Program-made: the position numbers and the translations under genes | Shown: positions 1 through 9,817 of the stretch, piece by piece | Layout of the letters: the number at the start of each line of letters is the position of its first letter | How positions within the stretch are numbered: the stretch's first letter is position 1 | The notes under the pieces: model-generated | Databases searched by the model: none | Told to the model about the DNA's origin: nothing | Seen by the model: the letters and a program-made list of their open reading frames with translations, nothing else | NCBI GenBank assembly: GCA_028803175.1 | Contig: JARBCG010000042.1 | Location: 1 to 35,043 of the forward strand | Reading direction: 5' to 3' | Length of the DNA stretch: 35,043 nt | DNA from: Wolbachia sp. | Lineage (GTDB): Bacteria > Pseudomonadota > Alphaproteobacteria > Rickettsiales > Anaplasmataceae

Positions 1-164
1 ATACTTTTTTATTCCCATACTACACTCCATTCATTTTTACTCGGATCAACCAATTTTTTTTTGCTCTAGTTTATGGGATGCATTATACTTCCCTATCTTC
101 AAGATGAGTTTACCAAAAAAGCAATTTGTATTAGAGTTCTTTGATATGAATTTGGGTTATTACA

Positions 165-1442
165 ATGCGTCTATCTAAGTATTACCTACCAACTCTCAAG
201 GAAATTCCAACTGATGCTCAGATTATCTCTCATCAATATTCTCTGCGAGCAGGCCTAATCAAGCAAACAGCATCAGGTATATACACATGGTTACCACTTG
301 GTCTGCAAGTTCTTAAAAATATTGAAGGCATAATCAGAGATGAGATGAATAAGTCAGGTGCAATGGAAATCTTAATGCCTTGCGTCCAACCGGCAAGTCT
401 TTGGCAGGAATCAGGACGCTATGAAGATTATGGTAAAGAAATGCTGCGAATAAAGGATAGGCATAAATATGATATGCTTTTTGGTCCAACTCATGAAGAA
501 GTCGCGACTGATTTAATTAGGAATGCAATAAAAAGTTATAAAAGTTTGCCGCTTTGTTTATACCAAATTCAATGGAAGTTTCGTGATGAAGTAAGGCCAC
601 GTTATGGTGTAATAAGAGGCAGAGAATTCCTGATGAAGGATGCATATAGTTTTGATGTAGATTACGCAGGTGCATTAAACTCATACAATTTAATGCACAA
701 GACTTACATAAAAATCTTTAAACGTATGGGCCTTGCTCCAATTGGAGCCAAAGCAGGCACTGGTCCAATCGGAGGAAATCTAAGCCATGAGTTCCACATA
801 TTGGCAAATACAGGTGAAAGCATATTATATTATGATAATAAATTTACAGAATTGCTGGAAAGTGAGGACATAGAAAGCCTGAAAAGTATATATGCTGTTG
901 CAGATGGTATGCATGATCCTAAAACTTGCTCTGTGCCACAAGAACAATTAAGAACTAGTAAAGGCATTGAAATAGGACATATTTTTTACTTTGGTGATAA
1001 ATATTCGAAGCCTATGAAGGCAAATATTACTACAAAAGATGGTAAAAATGTTGATATGCACATGGGTTCATACGGAATTGGCGTGTCAAGACTAGTTGGA
1101 GCAATCATAGAAGCTTTTCACGATGATAAAGGAATTATCTGGCCAGAAGCTATTGCTCCTTTTAAAACTGGACTAATTAACTTGCAAACCAAAGAAGAAA
1201 AATGCGTCAATACTGCAAATCAGATATATGAAACTTTGAGTAACAACAAAGTACTTTACGATGACTTGGAAGAAAGTGTAGGAGTAAAATTTTCTAGAAT
1301 GGATTTGATAGGTTTACCATGGCAAATAATCATTGGTAAGAAAACAATCAATGAAAACCTTGTTGAAGTAAAAAACAGAGCAACTGGAGAAGTAAAAGAC
1401 ATGCAAATTGAAGAAGTAATAAATCGCTTTAAAACAGAATGA
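165..1442 (+). CDS. proS: Proline--tRNA ligase (short alphaproteobacterial form)
   Basis: Class II motifs [49 protein letters not shown]; C-terminal anticodon-binding domain. Confidence 0.98.
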   Translation: MRLSKYYLPTLKEIPTDAQIISHQYSLRAGLIKQTASGIYTWLPLGLQVLKNIEGIIRDEMNKSGAMEILMPCVQPASLWQESGRYEDYGKEMLRIKDRHKYDMLFGPTHEEVATDLIRNAIKSYKSLPLCLYQIQWKFRDEVRPRYGVIRGREFLMKDAYSFDVDYAGALNSYNLMHKTYIKIFKRMGLAPIGAKAGTGPIGGNLSHEFHILANTGESILYYDNKFTELLESEDIESLKSIYAVADGMHDPKTCSVPQEQLRTSKGIEIGHIFYFGDKYSKPMKANITTKDGKNVDMHMGSYGIGVSRLVGAIIEAFHDDKGIIWPEAIAPFKTGLINLQTKEEKCVNTANQIYETLSNNKVLYDDLEESVGVKFSRMDLIGLPWQIIIGKKTINENLVEVKNRATGEVKDMQIEEVINRFKTE

Positions 1443-1828
1443 TATATGGAATAGGCACAGATATAGTTTATATACCAAGAATACTAAAAGTATTGCAAAA
1501 ATACGGGGAGAAATTTTTAAATAGGGTATACACTAAAAAAGAAATTGAAATAAGTAAAGAGTACAACAGTCAGGAAATGCAGGCAAAACATTTTGCCAAA
1601 CGCTTTGCTGCAAAGGAAGCTTTTGTTAAGGCCCTTGGCACTGGATTTAGCCAGGATATTATAATGAAAGATATAGAAATATATAATGACTCACAAGGAA
1701 AGCCTTGCGTTGATATTAGCAAAAATCTTATTCATCAAAATATCCTAACACACCTTTCACTCAGTGATGATAAAGATTATGCTATTGCTTTTGTTGTAAT
1801 TTGTAATTGTAGTCCTTTCTTTAGCTAG
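1439..1828 (+). CDS. acpS: Holo-[acyl-carrier-protein] synthase
   Basis: [31 protein letters not shown]; ATGA overlap with proS. Confidence 0.97.
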   Translation: MIYGIGTDIVYIPRILKVLQKYGEKFLNRVYTKKEIEISKEYNSQEMQAKHFAKRFAAKEAFVKALGTGFSQDIIMKDIEIYNDSQGKPCVDISKNLIHQNILTHLSLSDDKDYAIAFVVICNCSPFFS

Positions 1829-1843
1829 CAAATATCAAGAAAT

Positions 1844-1984
1844 GGAGTGTTAAATAAACTGTGTCAAACCTAAAAGTGATATATTATAATTAGTATAAAA
1901 ATGGAGGTTTTACACGTGAAAGAAAAAATAACAAACAGCTGTGTTAGATTAGTGGATTACAGAGAATAGGAAGAAAACATTTTA
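1844..1984 (+). mobile_element. IS256-family element, 5' remnant (left terminal repeat plus first ~23 transposase codons)
   Basis: GGAGTGTTAAATAAACTGTGTCAAAC resembles an IS256 terminus. GGAGG RBS precedes GTG at 1916, reading VKEKITNSCVRLVDYRE*EENIL, similar to the recalled Wolbachia IS256 N-terminus LVDYKELETNIL. TAG at 1967-1969. Confidence 0.6.
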
Positions 1985-2010
1985 TGTGGTGAGGTAGATG
2001 GGTTAACACA

Positions 2011-2508
2011 CTCACCTTAAGGCGGACACTTTAGTATAATATACTTTAGTATGGTTTAGTATGGATTACAAACACAGCTCTCACAGTACGTTTAATTTAA
2101 AGTACCATTTAGTGTTCTGTACCAAGTACAGATTAAATACATATATAGAATACTTACAGGTCAAACAACATTGCGTAGCAAAGAAATTATCATGGAAGTA
2201 TGTACTGCAAACTATGTAGATATAGTAAGGGGTAATATTACTCCTGACCATATGCTAATCTCTATGTCTCCAAGCATGGAGCTATCTAAGTTGGTACAGT
2301 ATATTAAGGGAAAGAGTAGTCACAAGTTATTCCAGGAATTTGAACACTTATACAGTTGGCAATGTGAATTCTACAGATGTACAGAAGTATATCGAAGAAC
2401 AAGGAGGTCCTCATAGCTATTCTAATGATTTTACATCAAGTTTTTAAACTCATAATCTGCTTTACATGCGTTTTTTTTAACTACCAGCTTTAGCTGGTTA
2501 TAATTGAT
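2011..2508 (+). mobile_element. tnpA: IS200/IS605-family (IS200-type, ISW1-like) element with a degraded tnpA; left boundary approximate
   Basis: ATG at 2061 reads MDYKHSSHSTFNLKYHLVFCTKYR; a frameshift leads to ..PDHMLIS..SKLVQYIKGKSSHKL; YIEEQ is out of frame. Terminal hairpin ACCAGC-TTTA-GCTGGT at 2483-2498. Near-identical to 34805-35043. Confidence 0.92.
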
Positions 2509-2998
2509 AGTTACCCATATTTAATATTTCTATAACATCTTTATTTTCCATATAAGATACCGATTCATTTTCTTTTACTATCAGGGTGTCATAAAATGAT
2601 ACCCTGCTATTGCCGATCTTTTGTCCTTGTATTTTCTCAAGTTCATCTTTACATTCATTCCAATGATTTAATAGCTCTTCATTGAGAAAATCAGGTTTAT
2701 TTTTGTTAAGATTTTGTACCAATGTATGCTCAATAAGAAATTTAGCAATTACCATGTGGCTATTTTGAAAAGCAAACAGTGGATACTGCTATGAGCACAA
2801 TTTATTATGAGAAGTTTTACGATGCTTGTATTTCTCCATAAAAAACGGCATATAATAGAAGTGTTCTTCTATTCTTGTTTACAACATTAACAAGACCAGG
2901 ATTTGTGTCCAAAATAGGTTGTAGCTGTACAACTTTTTCTTCTTATATAAGTTCTTTGCTTCTGATAATTTTTAAAGATTTTTAAACTCTTTTGTCAT
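2498..2998 (-). pseudogene. Ankyrin-repeat protein pseudogene, truncated by the IS200 right end
   Basis: ATG at 2998, early TAA and frameshifts. Degenerate ankyrin repeat NKNRRTLLLYAVFYGEIQ..VKLLI. ORF 2498-2755 resembles Wolbachia ANK C-terminal regions and its stop lies within the IS end. Confidence 0.65.
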
Positions 2999-3113
2999 AG
3001 TATACATCAATTACTTAACATAAAAGTATGTATAACTATAAATTAATTTATTATGGATCTCAATATTAATTTTTGATTGTAAGTATTATCTAGGATGTAA
3101 AACGCTCAATTAC

Positions 3114-4451
3114 CTACTTATCATTTTGGGTAATGCTCTGTAAGTATACAGTTTTACCAGATACAACAGTGCGTATCACACGTCCTTTTACCTTATATCC
3201 ATCAAAAGGAGAATTCTTTGATTTACTAACAAAATTTTCGGTTTTAATTTCCCACTCATGATTCAAATCAACTAAAATCAAGTCTGCCATTAAGTTCTTT
3301 TGTATACGTCCACGTGGTATGCGTATTATATCTGCAGGTTTATATGTAAGTTTTGCAAGTACGTCAAATAAACTCATCTTTCCACTGTGGTAAAGTTCAA
3401 GTGACAAAGGAAGTATGGTTTCAAGGCCAACAATACCAAATGCGGCATTCTCAAGTGGCAAATCTTTAGAACTACGATCATGCGGAGCATGGTCAGTTGC
3501 AATACAATCTATAACGCCACTTTTTAAGCCTTCAATCATGGCTAGACGATCATCTTCTGTGCGAAGCGGTGGATTCATCTTTGCTATTGCTCCGTGTTGT
3601 TTGACTATATCTTCAGTCAAAGTAAAATGATGTGGTGTTACTTCACAAGTAACATTGAGTCCTATATTTTTTGCACGTTCAATTGCATCAAGTGAATCCT
3701 TTGAAGAGACGTGTAAAATATGATAGTGCACATTTTCAATATCTTTCATTAGTAATATATCACGACTTACCATGACCGATTCTGACGCACTTAAAATACC
3801 TTTAACTCCTAATTCTTCAGAGACCTTACCTTCATTTATTGCACCACCTGCAGATAAATTTAAGTCTTCTGCATGTTGAGCAATCGGAACATTCAGCATA
3901 CTTGAATAAAGCAACGCTTGCCTCATAATAAATGGATTCATAACTGGCATGCCATCATCAGTGAAACCAACAGCACCTGCTTCTTTCAGGAGTACCATTT
4001 CAGTCAACTTTTCCTCTGAAGTAGTGATTTTTGCGTAAAATTCAACGTTTACATATGAAGTTTCGAATGCTCTATACTTCAAATATTTAGCTAAAATAAC
4101 ACTATCAATTGCTGGAACAGTATTAGGCTGACAAACTACAGTTGTTACACCTCCTGCAGCTGCAGATTTGCTGCCTGTATATATGGTTTCCTTATGTTCT
4201 TGCCCTGGCTCACGAAAGTGCACATGAATATCAACAAGTCCTGGCATAAGAACAAGTCCTTCGCAGTCTATAACTTCATCAATGCCATTTGAAAATAATG
4301 CCTCACCAAAATCAACAATTTTATTTCCTTCAGTTAAAAGTGAACCTTTGATATCAAGTTTTGTCTCAGGATCGATAACACGAGCGTTTATATATGCAAT
4401 TTTGTAATCTTCTTTTTGTCCTGTTTCTAATAAATTCCAAGTTTGATTCAT
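3114..4451 (-). CDS. pyrC: Dihydroorotase (type I)
   Basis: PGLVDIHVHFREPG, CEVTPHH, KMNPPLR, IATDHAPH. Confidence 0.97.
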   Translation of the reverse strand: MNQTWNLLETGQKEDYKIAYINARVIDPETKLDIKGSLLTEGNKIVDFGEALFSNGIDEVIDCEGLVLMPGLVDIHVHFREPGQEHKETIYTGSKSAAAGGVTTVVCQPNTVPAIDSVILAKYLKYRAFETSYVNVEFYAKITTSEEKLTEMVLLKEAGAVGFTDDGMPVMNPFIMRQALLYSSMLNVPIAQHAEDLNLSAGGAINEGKVSEELGVKGILSASESVMVSRDILLMKDIENVHYHILHVSSKDSLDAIERAKNIGLNVTCEVTPHHFTLTEDIVKQHGAIAKMNPPLRTEDDRLAMIEGLKSGVIDCIATDHAPHDRSSKDLPLENAAFGIVGLETILPLSLELYHSGKMSLFDVLAKLTYKPADIIRIPRGRIQKNLMADLILVDLNHEWEIKTENFVSKSKNSPFDGYKVKGRVIRTVVSGKTVYLQSITQNDK

Positions 4452-4534
4452 TGTATTTTAGTGTAAGTTGTGAAGTAAATTTAAAGGTTTTTAGAATGAA
4501 ATGCAATTGAAACTGTTTAGTATAACAGACCAGT

Positions 4535-5137
4535 TTAAGGATACAGTTGTTCTATCTTCCAATTGTTTTCTTCAATCAAGGTGTATTTAAATCTAGTATG
4601 TCTTCTATGTTCACCTTCTTCCAAAAATTCAATTACTTTAGGTACTACACAAAATCCTACCCAAAAATTAGGCCGGGAAATTTGCTGATTGTAAAATTCC
4701 TTGTTTTTACATTCAATATCTTGCTCAAAATCTTGCCAGTTTTTTAGAACGTTGGATTGCTTTGAGCACCATGCACTAATTTTGCTATCACGTGAACGAG
4801 AGGAGAAATATTCATCTGCTTTGTCGCTGCTGAGAAGTTTTACATTGCCTTCGATTCGTACTTGCCTGGAAAACTCCATTGTTTGCACTTGTTTAGAGAA
4901 ATCTGCCCAGTGAAATACTAATGCAGCTTTAGGGTTTTTAGTCAATTCTCTTCCTTTTCTACTATTGACATTAGTGAAGAACACAAAACCTCTTTTGCTG
5001 TACTCTTTTAACAGAACTATCCTTGCGGATGGAGTGCAGCCTTTGTTGCAAGTTGCAAGTGTCATTGCAGTTGATGAGACCGTTTTATACCATTGTGAAA
5101 ACAAATTAATCGGATCTTTTTTAGGTAAAAATGTCAT
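4535..5137 (-). CDS. pdxH: Pyridoxine/pyridoxamine 5'-phosphate oxidase (motifs partly eroded)
   Basis: AMTLAT, PSARIVLLK, FVFFTN..SRKG, RQVRIEG, RPNFW. Confidence 0.93.
   Translation of the reverse strand: MTFLPKKDPINLFSQWYKTVSSTAMTLATCNKGCTPSARIVLLKEYSKRGFVFFTNVNSRKGRELTKNPKAALVFHWADFSKQVQTMEFSRQVRIEGNVKLLSSDKADEYFSSRSRDSKISAWCSKQSNVLKNWQDFEQDIECKNKEFYNQQISRPNFWVGFCVVPKVIEFLEEGEHRRHTRFKYTLIEENNWKIEQLYP
4853..4906. repeat. Diverged 27-nt tandem duplication in pdxH
   Basis: Units 4853-4879 and 4880-4906 are 15/27 identical and encode ADFSKQVQT / MEFSRQVRI. Confidence 0.65.
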
Positions 5138-5226
5138 ACTTTTTAATTTTAACTATAGGTTAAAAATCAAAAAAGAAAAGAATGAATTATAGGTGGCCTA
5201 ATTGAGCGATAAGACAAGACATGTTG

Positions 5227-6267
5227 TTAAAGTTTAATGTATGAACCAACTGCTTCACTTACATTGTTAAATCCATCTCTTCTTACTAGATCTGCAAGCT
5301 CTAAGTTGATTGTATTTACAACTTGAGGCCCATGATATACCAGTGCTGTATATAGCTGTACTAAAGATGCACCTGCTTTTATTTTTTCATACGCATCGGC
5401 ACCATTTGAAATTCCTCCACATCCTATCAGTAGTATTTTACCTCTGGTAAGTTTATACATATCGCTTAATAGCTCTATCGAAAGCTGAAATAATGGTTTA
5501 CCACTTAAGCCACCAGTTTCGCTCTGATGAGAATGTAAATTATCTCGACGTATAGTAGTGTTACTTATTATTAGTCCGTCAATTTTATATTCAAGTGTAA
5601 GCTCAGCAATGTTTTCCTTTGTATGCTGGTCTATGTCTGGTGATATTTTTAATATTATTGGTATGAGCTCAGTAATATCAATTGATCTGCGAGTGAACGT
5701 TATAGCTTTTAATAGCTCTAATAGTTCTTGCCTATTGTGTAAATTACGCAAATTAGGCGTATTGGGAGATGAAATATTCAACACTATATAATCGCTTTTC
5801 CCGTATACTATCTTTAGTAAATCAATATAATCACTGACTTGGTCTTTTGATGTACTATTTTTCCCTATATTGATACCAAAAACACAGTAATTAAGCTTAG
5901 TTTTACTTACTTGTTTAAGAAAATAGTCTATTCCTTTATTATTAAATCCAAGTCTATTAATCACTCCCTGATCTTCAACTAATCTAAAAATTCTTGGCTT
6001 TTTGTCCCCATATTGCGGATTCTTGGTTACAGTACCAACTTCAACAAATCCGAAGCCGAATGAGAGCATAGGTTTTATAACTTCCGCATTCTTATCAAAA
6101 CCTGCAGCAAGGCCAACAGGACTCCTGAGTTTATTATTGAAGAAGTTTACACTTAAAGAATCTGGTAGTTTTATAGGCTTTCTACATGGTGTGTTTTTCA
6201 ATACCATAATTGCCAAAGAGTGAGCAGCTTCAGGTGGTAATAAAAACAATAAATTACGTGATATCAT
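5227..6267 (-). CDS. pyrD: Quinone-dependent dihydroorotate dehydrogenase
   Basis: GLAAGFDKNAE, INRLGFNNKG, LNISSPNTPNLR, GGLSG, LVQLYT. Confidence 0.97.
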   Translation of the reverse strand: MISRNLLFLLPPEAAHSLAIMVLKNTPCRKPIKLPDSLSVNFFNNKLRSPVGLAAGFDKNAEVIKPMLSFGFGFVEVGTVTKNPQYGDKKPRIFRLVEDQGVINRLGFNNKGIDYFLKQVSKTKLNYCVFGINIGKNSTSKDQVSDYIDLLKIVYGKSDYIVLNISSPNTPNLRNLHNRQELLELLKAITFTRRSIDITELIPIILKISPDIDQHTKENIAELTLEYKIDGLIISNTTIRRDNLHSHQSETGGLSGKPLFQLSIELLSDMYKLTRGKILLIGCGGISNGADAYEKIKAGASLVQLYTALVYHGPQVVNTINLELADLVRRDGFNNVSEAVGSYIKL

Positions 6268-6287
6268 GTTTCATTATAGGAGCGCAA

Positions 6288-6323
6288 TTATGGTTTGAAA
6301 ATAGAGTTATTTTCAAACTATGA
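6288..6323. terminator. Inverted repeat between putA and pyrD (possible terminator or processing stem)
   Basis: Perfect 11-bp stem GTTTGAAAATA-gagt-TATTTTCAAAC at 6293-6318, imperfectly extendable to 16 bp. Confidence 0.4.
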
Positions 6324-6338
6324 AAGAAGTCTACTAAA

Positions 6339-9300
6339 TTAGTCTAAGCACATAAGTGTGGTATTACCACCAAATGCTGTAGTGTTAACACTTACAACTT
6401 TCTCTGTAGAAAAGCGTTGCAAATAATTAGGGCCACCAGCTTTTGGTCCAGTGCCAGATAATTGTCTACCACCAAACGGTTGCATACCAACTGCTGCACC
6501 TATCTGATTGCGATTAATATATACATTTCCAACTGATATTTTTTTACTTATCAGATCAATTTGATTTTGTATACGGCTCTGCAAAGAGAACGTGAGCCCA
6601 TATCCTGTATTGTTTATATCATTAATTACCTCATCCAATTTTGACTTATTAAAACGTATGATATGTAAAATAGGACCAAATACTTCTTGTTTTAATTGCG
6701 AAATTTTCTGTATTTCATAAACATATGGAGGAAAAAAATAACCATTATGAGAATTCGTATCCATAGGTACTTTAGATAAAAGGTTTGAATCTTTATCCTC
6801 AGACATTTTTTTTGTATGTTTAGTTAACATATCCATAGATGCTTTGTCAATAATCGGACCAATGTCTGTGCTAAGTTGTACTGGATCTCCGATTTTTAAT
6901 TCTTGCGCTGCACCGCATATCATTTTTATCTGTCTTTCTGCTATGTCCTCTTGAATAAATAATACTCTAAGTGCGGAACAACGTTGGCCTGCGCTACGAA
7001 ACGCAGAAAGTAAGACATCCATAGTAACTTGCTCTAAATGAGCAGAGCTATCAACGATCATAGCGTTTAATCCACCAGTTTCAGCAATAAGCGGAACAAT
7101 GGGACCATCTCTATTGGCAAGCATTTTATTGATTATCTGAGCAGTGTGTGTTGAACCAGTAAAAGCTACTCCAGCAATTCTATTGTCTGGTACTAATATC
7201 TTGCCTAAATATCCACCTTCCCCTTGAATGAGGTGTAGTACATTTTTTGGTATTCCAGCTTCATGTAGTATTTTAATTGCCTCACAGGCAATAATTGGTG
7301 TTTGCTCTGCTGGTTTTGCAAGCACAGTATTGCCCGCTGCGAGTGCAGCTGAGACCTGTCCAAGAAAAATGGCTAGTGGAAAATTCCATGGTGATATACA
7401 TAAGAAAACCCCTCTACCTTCAAAAAAAATGAAGTTGTCTTCACCAGATGGTCCAGGTAATTTTTTCCAACAACTCAGTTTATTTTTTGCTATCATTGCA
7501 TAGTAACGCAAAAAATCCACTGCCTCTCTCATTTCTGCTATTGCGTCAGATAAAATTTTTCCTGCCTCTCGAATAAGAATGTAAATTAACTCTTTCATTC
7601 TTTCTTCAAGAAGATCGGCGGCTTTCTCCAGGTGTTTAGCACGTTCTTCTGCTGGAATGTTCTGCCACTCAGGAAATGCTTCATGCGCGACCTTAAGGGC
7701 ACTAAGAGCTTGCTCACTTGTTGCGTTTGATACTTCTCCTACTACGTGTTCCAAATGCGCTGGATTCACTACTTCAGTAAATTTAGCATCATCGAAAAAT
7801 GACTGTCCTTCAATTATTGATCCAACTTGCCATTTTTTTTTACTAAAATTCTTTATATCATTTGCAAATTGTGAAGCTACAACTGAATCACTAATATCCA
7901 TTCCTAAGGAATTTTTTCTTTCTGACCCTAATATGTTTTGTGGTAATGGAATTGCTGAATGAGGTTCATAATTAAAACTTATAGCTTTCTCTAATGGATC
8001 TAGAATTAATTCCTCGGTTTTAATATTTGGATCATGTATTTGGTTGACGAATGAACTATTAGCTCCATTTTCTAGAAGGCGTCTAATAAGATACGGTAAT
8101 AAATCACTATGTTTACCAACTGGAGCATATACACGACAGCTAACATTTGTTGCAAGTTCTGACATTGCATAATCATACAAGTCTTTTGCCATGCCGTGTA
8201 AGCGTTGAAATTCAAATCCAGGATGGTTTTTATCAGCAAGTTCCATGATAGAAGCAAAAGTATAGGCGTTATGAGTTCCAAAGCACGGATAAAAATTGTT
8301 TGCTTTACTTAAAAGTTTCTGTGCACAGACTAAGTAAGATACATCAGTATAGCTTTTTCTTGTAAATACCGAGTAATCATTTAATCCAAGTTCCTGTGTG
8401 CGTTTAATCTCTGAGTCCCAGTAAGCACCTTTTACAAGTCTTACCATAATTTTATGCTTTGATCGAAGAGCAACATCTTCTATAAAATCAAGAACAGATA
8501 AAGCACGTTTTTGATATGCTTGTACAGCCAAGCCAAGTCCTTCCCAACCAGACAGTGATTCCTCAAGACGCAATTGTTCAAACAAAATTAAGGACATTTC
8601 AAGCCTTTCCGTTTCTTCTGCATCTATGCATAGCGAAATATTGTACTTTTTTGCTTCACGACAAAGTTCTAAAACCTTAGCGAGTATCTCTTCAGCCACA
8701 CGATCGAACTGGTTAAATTCATAACGTGGATGTAAAGCAGACAATTTTATTGAAATCCCATGGGACTTAAAACAATCATTTATTTCAGAAGACTCACCTA
8801 TAGCTTTTATCGAGTGCATATATGAATTAAGGTACTCTTCTGCATCTTCAACCGTGTGAGCAGCTTCACCAAGCATATCAAAAGAGTATAAAAACTTACT
8901 ATTGTCATCTTGTTTCGCATATCTCAAAGCTTCTTCTATAGTTTCTCCAACAACAAAGTGTTTACCAAGCATAGACATTGCGCTTTTTATTGCACTACGA
9001 ATAGTAGGTTCCCCTAAGTTTTTAAGCAGCTTGGAAATTATATTGTAAAACTTCAAATCTTCTTCATTATTCCTTAATATGCTGCTACCTATTATTAATC
9101 CCCATGTAGCAGCATTTACAAACAAAGAAGAAGAACTACCTGAATGTTTTTTCCACTCTTGATTGGCAATCTTGTCTTTTATTAGCTCATCTACTGTATA
9201 GTTATCTGGTATTCTAAGTAGTGACTCAGCAAGACACATCAAGGCTATTCCCTCATCATTGGAGAGTGAGTATTGATTCATGAAAGAATCTATAATACCT

Positions 9301-9479
9301 AGTTTTTTACTTTTTACTTTCTCAATAACTTGTTTTGCAATATTATAGATCCTGCTTTTTGAATCAGTTGAGAGCTCTGCTTTTTCTACAAGATAACGTA
9401 TATAACTTTTTTCATCAGTACGATAAAATCCTTGTAAACGTTTTCTTAACTCATTAGGTTCTTGTATAGAGCTTATCAT
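6339..9479 (-). CDS. putA: Bifunctional proline dehydrogenase / P5C dehydrogenase
   Basis: SFDMLGEAA, VRLVKGAYWDSEIK, EFQRLHGM, ETGGLN, SAGQRCSALR, GTGPKAGG. Confidence 0.98.
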   Translation of the reverse strand: MISSIQEPNELRKRLQGFYRTDEKSYIRYLVEKAELSTDSKSRIYNIAKQVIEKVKSKKLGIIDSFMNQYSLSNDEGIALMCLAESLLRIPDNYTVDELIKDKIANQEWKKHSGSSSSLFVNAATWGLIIGSSILRNNEEDLKFYNIISKLLKNLGEPTIRSAIKSAMSMLGKHFVVGETIEEALRYAKQDDNSKFLYSFDMLGEAAHTVEDAEEYLNSYMHSIKAIGESSEINDCFKSHGISIKLSALHPRYEFNQFDRVAEEILAKVLELCREAKKYNISLCIDAEETERLEMSLILFEQLRLEESLSGWEGLGLAVQAYQKRALSVLDFIEDVALRSKHKIMVRLVKGAYWDSEIKRTQELGLNDYSVFTRKSYTDVSYLVCAQKLLSKANNFYPCFGTHNAYTFASIMELADKNHPGFEFQRLHGMAKDLYDYAMSELATNVSCRVYAPVGKHSDLLPYLIRRLLENGANSSFVNQIHDPNIKTEELILDPLEKAISFNYEPHSAIPLPQNILGSERKNSLGMDISDSVVASQFANDIKNFSKKKWQVGSIIEGQSFFDDAKFTEVVNPAHLEHVVGEVSNATSEQALSALKVAHEAFPEWQNIPAEERAKHLEKAADLLEERMKELIYILIREAGKILSDAIAEMREAVDFLRYYAMIAKNKLSCWKKLPGPSGEDNFIFFEGRGVFLCISPWNFPLAIFLGQVSAALAAGNTVLAKPAEQTPIIACEAIKILHEAGIPKNVLHLIQGEGGYLGKILVPDNRIAGVAFTGSTHTAQIINKMLANRDGPIVPLIAETGGLNAMIVDSSAHLEQVTMDVLLSAFRSAGQRCSALRVLFIQEDIAERQIKMICGAAQELKIGDPVQLSTDIGPIIDKASMDMLTKHTKKMSEDKDSNLLSKVPMDTNSHNGYFFPPYVYEIQKISQLKQEVFGPILHIIRFNKSKLDEVINDINNTGYGLTFSLQSRIQNQIDLISKKISVGNVYINRNQIGAAVGMQPFGGRQLSGTGPKAGGPNYLQRFSTEKVVSVNTTAFGGNTTLMCLD

Positions 9480-9817
9480 ATATAATTATCTCCAAAAAAC
9501 ACTCTGACATCATACCCCAAAACAAAGTAAAATTACATTATAACTTTATGTAGAGCAAATTATTATTCATCAAAAAGTGACATCCAACTTATAGAAGATA
9601 ATTTTTAATTAAATTTAGTAATTTTCACTATACTAAAAAGCATACGATACGGCTAAATTAATTTAGATTTATAGGATTTTACCTTTCAAATTTCTAGCAC
9701 GCTTTGAAATAGTTTCAAAAGCAGCAAATGCTTGCCGCAATAGTCTCGTTCTTTGTGATAATTTACTAGAAGAAACTATGAGGATTTTAGCACTAAATTA
9801 GTATTATGTCAACAAGA

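Noticed and set aside
2028-2064. Three TTTAGTAT repeats as a CRISPR or iteron array
   Set aside because: Very short slippage-type duplication inside the IS200 left region; no spacers, cas genes or rep gene.
2416-2510. tnpB or omega-RNA cargo in the IS200/IS605 copies
   Set aside because: Only ~90 nt separate the tnpA end from the right end in both copies; the element is tnpA-only.
5140-5176. A/T-rich inverted repeat upstream of pdxH
   Set aside because: The 7-bp stem is almost all A/T, which is expected by chance at this composition.
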